From Rhina ancylostomus (lineage: Eukaryota), in contig JARFYF010000054.1 of NCBI GenBank assembly GCA_030265395.1, positions 22,368,168 to 22,427,623 of the forward strand: a stretch of DNA of 59,456 nt, read 5' to 3'. The position numbers and the translations under genes are program-made. Under the pieces are notes generated by a model. That model worked only from the letters and a program-made list of their open reading frames with translations. It was not told where the DNA came from and made no database searches. Each line of letters begins with the position of its first letter. Within the stretch, counting starts at the first letter, position 1. Below, piece by piece: positions 26,000 to 38,404 of this stretch.

Positions 26000-26390
26000 G
26001 AATGTATTTATGGTTTGTGGGTGTCATTGGCAAGGGCAACATTTATTTCCAATGCCTAAATCCCCTTGAGAAAATAATGGTGAGTCACCATCTTGAACCA
26101 CTGTAGTCATTCTGGTGACAGCACGCCCACAATAGTGTTGAGTAGTGAATTCCAGGATTTACACCAGCCACTGGTGATACATTTTCCTGTCAACATGGTG
26201 TGTCACTTGGAACCTCCAGGTGGTGGTGTTCCGATGTGCCTGCTGTCCTTATCAATGTGGTGGGTTTGTAAGGTGCTTTTGGAGTAGTCACCATGAGTGA
26301 TTCAGTGCATTTTGTAGGTTGATGCATACTGCAGCCATGATGTGCTGGGGGAGTGAATATTTAAGGTGGTGGAGAAGGTTCCAAGCGGAC
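26000..26390 (-). mobile_element. CR1-type LINE 3' fragment
   Basis: Homologous to 2870-3230 (cccttgagaa...ggtgagtcaccatcttgaaccactgtagtc). Confidence 0.7.
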
Positions 26391-29300
26391 AAAGTATATT
26401 TCATGAGTAGAAATCCTCGCAGCTCTTTGTTGAGATAAACAAGAATAGACCTGTTGTTTGTCAGAGAACTGATTATGCCTCAGTTCTTGTTCATAACATT
26501 TCCTTCTGATTTCGCTCTGATGGTGTAGTTTTGGTTGAACTCTTCAGTGGTTTGAACATAGGATTCCCAAGATACTAATAAAGTGATTCATTGCCATTAT
26601 GTTCATTACCCTCATGATAGATTAACAATTTCTGAATGGCAACTGACATTTCTAGTCCACGATCACAGCTCATTGTTATTCAATTCAAGCACACGCTCTG
26701 CAATATTATTTGTCTGTGGCTTAGAATAAGGGCAGGCAGTTGCAACTTGAAGGTAATGGATATACAGAAATAGATACTTGTTAACTTGATCTCTGTTCAA
26801 TAAAGATGGAAGACTGAATTAATGGAGCTCAAGTTATGTGTGTGAACTGCACAGAAACCAGGTCATACAGGCTTGATAGAAGTAAGAACTGAGCCTCTAC
26901 TGAATAAATGAGCCAGCAAGGGTAAAAGTTAAAGTAGCAGAGCAGGGTGAAGTGTTGATTTAGATCAAATACATTCCTAGGTGAGGAGAACTGGAGCAAG
27001 TTCTGAAGTAGCTATAAGGAGTGTTCACATTTCATTGTCGTTTGATGTTTATTCTCATTGAAAAGAGTGTTTACGTGATTCATCCAAAAGTATAATTTAC
27101 ACCCATTATACCAGCAAGTATTACTGGTAGTGCCATTTTCAAGTTAATTAATACAATTAATTAGGGTTATTTAAACTTTTGAAGATTTCTGTAATGCTTT
27201 GATCCAAAACAACATTTTTAATCAGGGAATACATCCATCCAGTCACAATGGTTGCTTGAACCTGTCAATTGGAAACCATATGTTGGCAATTGCAGGAGAT
27301 TCTGTAACAAAAATCATCCTTTACCTATTAGAAGAGACTGGCAATTATGCTTTGAATTAATTTTGATTTAATACAACTGCTTTAAAAAGTGGAGTTCGTC
27401 CTCTTTTGTTGCAGTCGATGCTCATGTAAATTCAGTTTTCTGGAAAGCGCTTGTGAAACTGAGCAAAAATAAATGCTCAAAGTAGCATTATGGTACTTTG
27501 CACATCAACTCATGTGCCAAGACAGGACTTGTGCAGATCCCATTAGAAATTGAGGGCAGAGCTCACAGCTGCTGCGTATTACTGCTCCGACCAGGGGGGA
27601 GGGGGTGGGGTTAGGTGTTAAAGAACCTCTTTCCAGTGAACCCAGCGATTAGCTGTAGAGAAAGCTGTCATGGAGGTGAGGGGAAAAAGCAGAGAAGGGG
27701 GAAGAAGTGTCAGTAGCCACTTCCAGTGCAATCCAGTACCCTGATCAATTCTCACACCACACGTGGCTCTACACCACAGTGATCTACAGGCTGGTCAGTC
27801 TGGTGGCTGATGTCGCATGTAGATGCATGGTACAGAAATGCTGTTATTATTTGAGGAGCACACTGTGATGTTTGCACAGAGGAACTGAGCATGGTAAACC
27901 GAATCTGGCAGAGGCTGTGAGTTAACCATCTATATCACATCTGGATCCTTCAATTCACGTCATTTTGCCAGTCTGCTGTGGAGTTTGCTCCCTGTTTTCT
28001 TATTGTGCCTAATAAATTAGGGTCGTAGGCTGCACCTTCATGCAGCAAATAGTTCAATGAAGGTGGAAATGGCTACAGCATGACCAAAGCCAGAAATGTG
28101 GCACCCTCACTAAGAGGAATTTTGCACAAAAACACTCAGGCCCATTTCCGTTTCCCAACGGACGCAAAGCAACCTGGAAGTGATCACGAGTGCAATCTAA
28201 CCCAAAATAAAACTCCTAAGCATGATTTGTGCATTAAAAACGTGCACAAAGGGTTCAACTTCAAGGCTAATATTTTTAAGGCTTGTATTAAGGACTTTTC
28301 CCAACAGTTATATCATACTGAGAAGGATTTTACAAGGTTTGCTGTTGCAGTGCAATGCAATTGACCATTTTTTTTTGCATAAATTGGACATCAGCAAAAT
28401 GCAACAAAGAATCCCAGAGTGTGTGAGATGTAGTGGTCTCTGCAGTGTGAGAACAAAATATTACTGGCTGACTCCCCAGGCAATTGCATCGAGTTGGTTG
28501 AATTCCTTAGTTAAGATCGTGGATACAGATCAAACTCGCCACGTGAAAAAGTTAGAGCTTATCGCTATAAGAATCCTTCTAACAGCAACATTGATTATCA
28601 AATGCTATTTGGCACTGCAAGTCCACAAATGTGGGGTCTAATAGAATGTTTAATTTTCTTTTGAGGTTTCTTTTCAAAAGAGCTATTTTCTCTCTTTACT
28701 GATTGTATCTGCCCATGCATTATAACTTATAGCAGATCCAAGATTGGCCTTGCATAGTCACACTGACTTAAGTGATGTAAGAATTGTTTGGAAGATGCTT
28801 CTATTAATTGCAAGAGAAATAAGAGATCCCTTCATGGATATCCAGTGCATAATTGTATCACTTGATCATTTCCTCATCAGTAAATTGCTCTTCTCATAAG
28901 GGACATTTTTGGGAGAACACGGGAAAAAGGGAAGGGGGAATCATCCCCAGCATTTCTGAAATGTTTTTGAATTCATGGCTGGAATTTCAGAGAAAAATAA
29001 TTTCCACATATGTTACAACAGAAGCCATGTGTGTACTTTGAAAATTGCAAAGGAAACGTAGCTTGGTGAAGGTTAATCTCTGAGCAATTGGCTTCTTTCC
29101 CAGCCAAGATAAATACAATACAAGCCAATTATGGGCATCCTGCTAATGACAATGTTTCATTTAAAAGGAACATTTAATCAGACATTGAGTAATTCCCCAT
29201 GTATTTCACTATTAATATGAACAATTACACTTAGAAAACATTTTCTTTATCTCTGTGGTGTTAGCTAAAGATTGCTGTTGTTTGTTGAACGCAGTGTGGA

Positions 29301-29532
29301 TTTAGTGCTGTGACTTCTGAAAGGACAACATCGCCCAGCTTGCTTAATTTTGAATTTGTTTTGTATTTCCTGTTTACATTTGTCAAATCTTAGCTGATAA
29401 AGCCTGTGGTGAAAACACTTCCTTACTCCTGGAAGAAGGAGGCAGTAGGTTGATGGCATTGGTTTGGAGCAGCTTGTGTCTTATTGAATGGAGGGGCAGG
29501 CATGAGGAACTGAGAGGCCTTCTCCTGTCTGC

Positions 29533-29762
29533 AGCAACACAGACAAAATGCTGGAGGAACTCAGCAGATCAGGCAGCATCCATGGAGGGAATCAAACAGT
29601 TGACGTTTCGGGTCGAGACCCTTCATCAGGACAGTAAAGGCTCTCGACCTGAAATGTCGACTGTTAATTTCCCTCTGTAGATGTTGCCTGACCTGCTGAG
29701 TCCCTCCAGCATTTTGCGTGTGTTGCTCCAGATTTCCACCATCTGCAGAATCTCTTGTGTTT
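29533..29762. mobile_element. Inverted-pair Penelope-derived element
   Basis: The left arm (about 29535-29630) is the imperfect reverse complement of the right arm (about 29637-29727). Confidence 0.8.
29597..29634 (-). ncRNA. Minimal type I hammerhead ribozyme motif, core intact
   Basis: Minus strand: CTGTC-CTGATGA-A-GGGT(CTCG)ACCC-GAA-ACGT-C-AACTG. Conserved CUGANGA/GAAA/UH boxes, perfect stem II, palindromic ACGU in place of helix III; stem I has 2 mismatches. Confidence 0.7.
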
Positions 29763-30874
29763 CCTGCTTCCGTTTCTTATTTTCTTGACCTGATATCCAT
29801 TCACTCATTCTTAACTTGATAAAGGTGACTTTATCTGTTCTCAATGACAGATAACAACACATGCAGTGTCTCCCTTATTAGCTGGTGAGCTTGGCTATGT
29901 GACAGCTGGTGTGTTTTTAGAAACTGTACATCGTGTACCTTCCTCCATCCCAAAGCATTGTCAATGGCTGCAAGTAAAATGGACAACTAACTGAAGCTGC
30001 TGTAATTGTGTGGTGTTTAATTAGTGTTTACCCAGTCTTCCCCGAAACTTAGGCAAGCTATAACTGTGGCAGCACAGTGTGGGAGGTTGGGAGTCAGGGG
30101 GTGGGGGGAATATTCAGAGTAGAGTGAACAGATGGAATGGAGTGGAGCTGACTGAGCTTTCCCAGCACGCATTGACAGCATCAGTAACAAGCAATTTACA
30201 ACGTGCTATTTACAGCTTGGGTTACAGTTCTCCATTGGTTCAGAGTGCTCTTTAGCAGCTGCTTTCATTAATAACTTTCTGTGAGCTGTTAATTGAACAT
30301 GGAAATGTGTGTGGGAGGGGTTCCTCAATGGCAGGCAATCTTGTTTCAATGAAGAAGAAAAGACGTGTAGTATTGTAATGGTAATGGAGGCAGCTATCAC
30401 ATGCTCCCTTTCATGACTGAACAACCACAAGTGACAGGCGCTGCCGGCTGCAATAAAACGCGGCATGGCTCCCTGCAATTCAAGGAACTACTGGACGGCG
30501 CAGATTAGTTTACCATGTAATGCGAGGTTCTGCAGCCAGAGAACTAATCATTCTGTGATGAAGCAACGGATGTTGCGTTCGCTTTGTGGACTCACAATAT
30601 GCAAGGTGTTTGCTGTTATGGAATCTGTTCCAATTCCCCTTGTGGTCTCGGTGATCGGTGCATCAACTTAATACTTACTGTTGTAACATTCTACTCCGAA
30701 AGAGGAAAGGTGGTCACATCCAAGTGATGGACTTGTGTGGGCTGCTCAAGATTTCATTCTGGCTCCTGAGACATCCATCCACTGTTGCAGCAGTTTTAAT
30801 GGGTGATGGCACTATGGGAAGCTTGGGATGGTTCTTCCCCTTTACTGGGGAAGTGGTGCAGCCTGTCCGTAGAG

Positions 30875-31135
30875 TTATAGAGAGATACATCATGGAAACA
30901 GACCCTTCAGCTGACAAATCCATGCTAACCATCAAGCAAGCATCTTTTACTGACACTATCCAAGCCCATTTTAATCTTCCCTCATTTGCAAGAAATCCCC
31001 CCAGATTATACCACCCATCTACACTTTGGGGGTAATTTACTGAGGACAAGTAAGCTGCCAACTGACACATCTTCAGGATGTGGGAGGGAGCTGGAGCACC
31101 CAGAGGGAACTCTATTAGGATGTCCAGAGTCAGCA
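30875..31135 (-). mobile_element. HE1-like SINE
   Basis: Tail catggaaacagacccttcagc and V-domain-like ggatgtgggagggagctggagcacccagagggaac. Confidence 0.65.
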
Positions 31136-31199
31136 CAACACACAGTTGATGAATTATAAATGTAATGTTATTGATGTGACCAATTGTTGCAAATTATCC

Positions 31200-32340
31200 T
31201 TTCATAATACATATTTATAAAGCATCCTTACATCACAGAAGATACTAACGCCCTTCACAGAAGGGTTAGCCAACTGAATCAGCCAGCTCGGGAGATTTTA
31301 GAGCTGATGAGTGGTACCTGGCCCAAAGGATTGTGTTTAAAAAGGAGAAAAACAAGGTAGAAATGCCGAGATTGGGGGGGTGGGGGTTAGTTCTTGTGCT
31401 TGGGTCTTGATATTGCAAGGCATGGCCACCAATAAATGCAGCAATTAAATTCAGTGATGGGCAACAGGCCAGGGTAGGGGTAGTATCTAGGAGGATTTTG
31501 GGCTGCAGGATATGACAGAGGTAGGAGGAGCAAGGCCTTGGAAAGATTTGTAGATAAAGTTCTAATGAAAGGTCATCAACCTGTCTTATCGGCCCTGTTT
31601 CTCTCTCAATGGATGCTGTCTGACCTGCTGAGTATTTACAGCATCACCTGTTTTTATTTTAAAATTATGTCTTCATGGGACCCAATGTACTTTGTGAATG
31701 CAAGGTTGTTGGGACTTGGCATGGGTTAGGGCATAGATTTTGGATGGCTCCAGGTTCACAGAGGGTAAATCAAGGGAGGGCCTCAGAATTATCAAATTGA
31801 GGTAACAAATGCATGGGTGATGATTTCAACAGTGAGTGAATTTGGCCAGGCTGGAGTTGAATGAAGATACGTAGGTAAAAATCAGCAGCTTTAGTGATGG
31901 CATGGTAGTATGTCTGCCTGTCATCTTGGATTCAGTTATGATACCAGAATACTATGTGGCATAGTTCAGCTTCGGACGGTCCAGAGGAAGAGGGATACAG
32001 CCTGATTTTGTGGCAGTGCTTTTGATCTTCCCAACACCGAGCTGGAAGAAATCTCTGCTCAGACAACCAGTGTGACAGTTTGGAGTTAGTGGAGAGATTT
32101 AGAGATGGGGATGAGGTAAAGTCGATGCCATCCGCATACTTAAAGAAACTGACACTGCACTTATGGATAATGTTGCAGATGGGTGGCTTGCTGCTGGTTA
32201 AGAGGAGGTTGCCAAAGATAGATCCTTGGGAGACACGAGTGATAACCATAGAGGAATGAGAAGAAAACCATTGCCAGTAGTTCTCCAGCTTGCAAAGTGG
32301 GGATGAGGATGGAATCAGGTGGCAGTATCCTCCCCCCACA
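31200..32340 (-). mobile_element. L2-clade LINE fragment containing an old PLE terminal repeat (about 31557-31662)
   Basis: Minus ORF 31932-32339 contains VSQGSIFGNLLL...IIHKCSVSFFKYADG, matching the RT motifs PQGS/YADD. Confidence 0.7.
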
Positions 32341-33614
32341 GATTCTTAGCGCCGCAGCCATAAAACAGTGACAGCATTTGATTGCCGAGAATAGTCAAAC
32401 ATTTTCATGGAGTAAAGCTTTGTTTAGAAAGAGCAGGCTGTGGTGAGCCTCTAGTTCCCTTTAGTAGCAAGCTGCTCAGCAATTAAAAGTGAGTTGATGT
32501 GCAATTAATGAAGAGCTGGAGTGTGGCACCATGTAAGTACATTGGACCGTACAACAATTCCACTACAACAGTAACAACACAGCAGAAGTACTTGATTGGC
32601 TGTGAAGTAGTCTGGGGGATGTCCTTCAGTCATTATTGCTCAGAAACGTGAATGCAAAGTGCTGTGTCGTTTTTCAGTGCAATGGGATTGAAAATCAATT
32701 TAACCTATTCCTTTGAAAGAGGCAAAATGTCTGCAGAAAAAAAACACTCCTGTTTTTTTGAAAGATCTCTTCTAATATTAAAGGTAAACCTTTCCCTTTT
32801 GGTTCCCAAGTGTTCCAGAGCAGATTTCAGTTGTCAATGAAGCATGGTACTGCAAATGCTATTTGAATAGCTTTTTGATTGCAGCCATTGCAAATAATGA
32901 TAGAAATCATGTGAGAACGAGTAAAGATCAGTGGAAGCACTAAATGGATACAAGGCTTGACAATTGGTCATCAATGAAATCAATTACTTTGGATGATTAT
33001 TCTTTACGAAAATGTAATTACATTAGACTGGCAGCTGAACAAAATCTTGTTGGAGTTGTCTGAGGCAAAATTAAGGGCTGTTAGAAAAAGAAAAAGGGTG
33101 GAGATAATTCCTTTGAATCTTCGCCAGCTGTCAGGAGCAAAATGTATGATTACCACCTGATCTTCCAGGGACCGCACTGTCTAATTGTAAGTGCCTTGTA
33201 TTAGGAGACACCCTCTTGCTACCAAACCTATCCTAAAGATATGATCATTTATTCAGTTGGTGAGTAATTCCATCCTTTTGCATTGGAAGATAATCCAAAG
33301 GATGGGGCTGTGGTATATTTAACCCCTTCACTGGAAAGTGCAAGGGTAGTTGACGTTTAAACATTGCACGTGCCTGTCTTATGGGTGGTGGTGGGGCACT
33401 TTACCAAAGACTGACTTAAGGCTTGAATAACCATCTAAATATACATATATAAATATCCATGCAAGTGAGTTGTCATTTAATGCACAGCTAATATTGTGAT
33501 CAGTGCAGCCTGTTTTATCTCTTGAAGGAGCGTCACTTATGCAAACCACTTCCAACCCTCTCAGCTGATCTACTGAGCTATCACTGAGAGTCCCCTGCCC
33601 TGTGGCAAACTGTC

Positions 33615-33855
33615 ATAAACCATAGAGTTGCACAGCAGAGAAATGGGCCCTTCGGTCCAGCATGTACATACTGATCTTTTTGCCCATCTGCACTAACCCC
33701 ATTTGCCGTATCCCTCTACGCCTTTCCTGTCCAAGCACCTATCTAAATGTCTCTTAAACGTAGCAATTGTATCTGATTCCAGCAAGCTCCAGACATCAAC
33801 CACTCTCCATTTAGGGGAAAAAAAACTTTATCCTCAAATCCCCTTTATAACTCCT
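33615..33855 (-). mobile_element. HER1/CR1 3' fragment
   Basis: catagagttgcacagcagagaaatgggcccttcggtcc...ctatctaaatgtctcttaaacg. Confidence 0.7.
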
Positions 33856-34251
33856 GTATAAGACTACAAATTGATCTATGGCCATTGGCCACCCATTGCA
33901 CACCATTATTGATCCCGTGGAAGCTAATATTATTAGTCTGCCCATACTATAGCAACTGTTCAACTCTGCGACCAGAGATCATTGAACAAACTGACTTCAA
34001 TTACTGGAGAAAAACTCCCATTGATGCTGGGGGAGAAATACAGACGACTGGCTCCAGGGTCATGGAGAATCAATTTGTTGAGGCTAGGCAGAGCTTTAAC
34101 GTTCTTCATCACACCAGAAACATTATTTGAAAACTTACCTGGGCAATTGATGGATTGTTTTTTTGTTGAGACTGCTCAGTGTGACCCAATGGTACAAGTT
34201 CCTGCTGATTTTCAGCACAATGATGCCACATTCCCTTCTTGCTGCCTTTTA

Positions 34252-34429
34252 GGGGCAACACGTTAGCATAGTGGTTAGCACGATGCTCTTACAACGCCAG
34301 CGATTGGGATTCGATACCCGTCACTGTCTGTAAGGAGTTTGTACGTTCTCCCGTGTCTGTGTGGGTTTCCTACGGGTGCTCCGGTTTCCTCCCGAATTCT
34401 AAAGACGTACGGGTAGGTTAATTTGGGGT
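34252..34429 (+). mobile_element. Young tRNA-derived V-SINE, truncated by a gap
   Basis: A-box TAGCATAGTGG, B-box GATTCGATACC, V-domain gggtttcctacgggtgctccggtttcctccc; CpGs retained. Confidence 0.8.
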
Positions 34430-34818
34430 NNNNNNNNNNNNNNNNNNNNNNNNNNNNNNNNNNNNNNNNNNNNNNNNNNNNNNNNNNNNNNNNNNNNNNN
34501 NNNNNNNNNNNNNNNNNNNNNNNNNNNNNGTGTCTCAAGGGGGAGAGGCACCCGACTCTGCAGACTCGTAAATAAACGGTTTTCTTGTTTCCACGACTTT
34601 GTCTCTAGCATGGTGATTGTGAGCACGGATTATATCTCACACCAACCATCAAGAACCCATCTATATTAATCTCATTTACCGCACTTGGTCAGTAGCTGTC
34701 TAGGCATCTGCAATTCTAGAAATTTGGGACCCTCAGTGCAATTAGAGAAGAATGGTAATAGGCAAACCAGGAAAAGGTAAGTTTCCAATAGATTGGAAAC
34801 CCTTTCCCTCCACCTTTT

Positions 34819-34940
34819 TGAAGGGTCTCGACCTAAAACGTTGACAGTCCATTTGTCTCCATCGATGCTGCCTGATTTTCTGAGTTCTGCCAGCACCTTT
34901 AGTGTTGCTCCAGATTCCAGCATCTGCAGTCTCTTGTGTT
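34819..34940 (+). mobile_element. 5'-truncated Penelope-derived terminal repeat with a 14-bp TSD
   Basis: gtttccaatagatt at 34781-34794 and 34938-34951. The insert begins inside the hammerhead motif (tgaagggtctcgacctaaaacgttgacag). Confidence 0.8.
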
Positions 34941-37900
34941 TCCAATAGATTATCCCTTCTCGGTCAAATTGACAATTTCATTTTTTACCCAAATGATGCA
35001 TTTTCTTGCCTAATCACTTAAATGTCATGTAAGTTTTAAAGGTCTATTTGTAAGAGCTACATGGAGAATTTTTAAAGGAGGACAGACCATTTGAAAGTAC
35101 ATGCCCACCTTCATAAGGATTTCTTTTTCTTAAAAGTGAGAGTTGCCAGTAAGTAAAATTTGCAAAAACCTTGTATCAAGAGTGCTGATGAGGGGGAATA
35201 AATGCCAGGAAAAACAGAACATTCTGGAAATGGAAACTGCAATATGCAACTGAAGCAAGGGGTTGCTGGACTTCAAACAGAGCAACCATATTGAATAAAC
35301 ATTGTGACAGCATAGATATTAATCTGTAGTGCCCAGGGAGCCATTTCAGTCCCTCTGTTCAAGGACTTGATCCACTTAGTGTTTTCAAAATTTGAAACAA
35401 GAGACAAGTGAGTTCTTGAAATAATAATCTTTTTATTTTATTTTTTTGATTCTGCAGAACTCCCAATAGATATGCAGATGGCTTGTTGCCAGACCTTTTG
35501 ATAATTTCAAGTTCGCCATTGCTGCCTGCAATATTAGAACCAATTGACTTTCCTATTCACCTTCTAAAGATTTATAGGCTGGGAGCTTGTGGTCAGTGAT
35601 GATGCAGTGTTCCTTGTGGTTCATTATGCTTGCTGCTGCCCACAGGTAATTGGTAAGGGTTTAAGTTGCAACTTGCAAGGATGATAGTTTTATTTTGACC
35701 TGCGACCCTCCACACTAGAACCAGAGTATGCATGAGTAGAGAAAGCAGCATTGGCAAACCCTTGCCAAGCTCCGTAGACTCCAAACCAGAATTATAAATT
35801 GAAATTTTAAAGAACTTTAAGTACTGGAAATTCTCATCATATCAGGCAGCATTTGTATGGCAAAAGGCTTAGTTAATATGCTGGATCAATGCCCTTTCAA
35901 TAAAACTACAAAAATTTGAATATTTAATACAATTTAAGATCATGGACATAAAGCAAGTAATAAGCAAAACAAAAATGTAATTATAATGGATAAGAGTAAA
36001 AGAATTTAAAAAAGAATCTATTCCTATATTCCTCAAAATAAGAAAAAAATGAGATCCCAGCTTTGTAAAATTAAGTATTCAATGATAATTGAATGATATC
36101 CAATGATATTGTTTAGCTACAACTTAATTCATCACATTGTTAAAAACTCACTCACATCTGAATGCACCAGCCCTAATCTTCTTGGTTTGCTTTATGGACA
36201 GGTAATGGGTCAGTCAGACAGTTTTGTGCCCTTGCTATCTTTTAATCCTAAGTTTAGGATTCAGGTTGTGGTTTACAGATACATATTGGGGGAAAAGGCA
36301 AAAGGGACGGCAGCTTCCTGATTTTCGTGTTCAACTGAGCATGTGCAGACATTGAATTTGCTTCCTAATAGTGAATACTGACAGTCTCACTATTATTCCA
36401 ATTGCAAAATCCAGCTGCAGTATGCTTCCAGGTTTCCTGATACCCCAACTTCCCTGCTCATTTTCATTTGATGATCTTCAATCATCATTCATTCTTCATG
36501 AGGAAGGTTTACCCGTAAGTAATATACCTGCATGAACATCACAGCCAAATAATGTTCTGTTCTTACTTAGTCCTTGACACACATGCACATTTCAATACAA
36601 GTCACCAGACCACATCCAAGAAAATGGATTATGCATACGATGTTTCCCTAACTGAAATCAACCAATCCGGCATATACTTGTGATTGAAAGACCAGGAACT
36701 TTCTACTTGCTGGTAGTTCTAATTCCTTTTGTCTCCGGAATGAGGTCATATTCTATCTGGCAGAAGAACACTCCTATTCTTTCATAATTATGTTGCACAG
36801 TTACAGTCTAAATCTATCATGGTGGGAAGGCAAATGTTCCTTTTTGGGCATTCACGCTTCAAAGCAAATTGGATAAGATATGTAGGGGACAAATCTGAGC
36901 TAATTCAAGAAGAAAGAATGTACTTATAGTGCATTGCGTTTATATTAATATACAAGCACAATCTCATGAATGGTTTAGCATGAAGTATTGATTATCCTTA
37001 TTAGCATGAGTTTTATGCATTAAAGCCCATCTGTTTCTATTCAATATGTAAAATCTATTTTATGGTGCCTTACCTATTTACAACTAGAGTCATAGATTAT
37101 TGAGTTTCTCAGATCCATATATATACCTTACCAGCTTTGATTCTAAGAAAAGGTTTGTCTAACTGACTGCTGTATCCATCTGAGATTTCCGCTGGAGGGA
37201 AACAGTCTATAAAGTTTTGTGGGGTTCCAACTTTATCCATACTGGAATGTTGAGCAGCAGCTCCCAGGCTCCTGATAGTCATGTGGTAGTTTGGATTAAT
37301 TCAGAGCAGCACTTACAGGTCCTGCTGCAGGTTTAGTTGATAGAGGATGAGATTGAGGATGGGTGGCCTGGCCACTCCTGATGTTATTGACATTGTGGGC
37401 AGGGCTCTGAGTCACTGACCCAATTGGAGCCAATAATTGCAATGTTCTCCACTTTACACTGTCTTGAGTACATTCAGTGCTGGCTGTGAGGAACTTTCAT
37501 GCGGCCAAGTTCTCTTAAAGTGCAATGTTTCCCTTATAGTTTCTATTTGTGCTGCTGGCTTGACTGGAGTCAACCATTCCTGCACAGACTAGAAATTGAA
37601 AGACTAGAATTCCTACCACTTACCAGTTGATTTTAGAAGGATCTGGCGAAGGGTCTTCAACTTGAAATAAGACATCTGTTTCTCTTTTCACTGATGTTGC
37701 ATGACCTGTTTGAGTGTTTTCCATTCTTTATGTGCAAGAGCAATGGTAGTAATGTTGAGCCATCATTGTGTATACGGTGACTGCACGCATAAAATGTTCA
37801 TTGAATTAAAGTATATCCCCATCTACTGGCACTTGAATGGGGATTGGGTTGGAAAAAGTCTTCATTGTCATGGCTGCTCTTCAAAGTTGGCCATGAGGTG

Positions 37901-38404
37901 TGGCTCCCTGTGAACTCTCTGTAGGTTCTTTCATATCAGAAAAGCACCTGTATTATTGGCTGGTGGCATGGCTAAAATTTGAGATCTTTTTGTGTTGGAT
38001 ATTACAGGGGTGAATGTTGCAGGTGTGTGCTTTCCAGTACTTTTAAAAGTCAAAGCCAACACACTCTGCCACCTGCTGATCACAGGCATTAAAAAAGAGA
38101 TTCATTTATTCCTATGCCACTCAATCTTGGTGATCACACTGTTGCAAATGAGAGATTGATTTTGTTCTCATAAAATATATGCAACAATCCCTCACTCAAT
38201 GCAATTTTCTGGCAAAATTATCTTGCTTATATTGGGAGAAGCTGCTGTGGTTACTGTTTCCTGAGTAAGCTGCGCTATAAAATACGTGCTAAGAATTATG
38301 TTCCCTGCCCTGCCTGCAGTTCATTGGTTGATGCAGGGTAACCAATAATACTGTTTTTTAAAAAAAGTGGATTAAGCATATGAGAAAATGTTGTTTGCTG
38401 CACC

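Noticed and set aside
34252-34330. tRNA genes at SINE heads
   Set aside because: The A/B boxes run directly into V-domains, with no complete cloverleaf.
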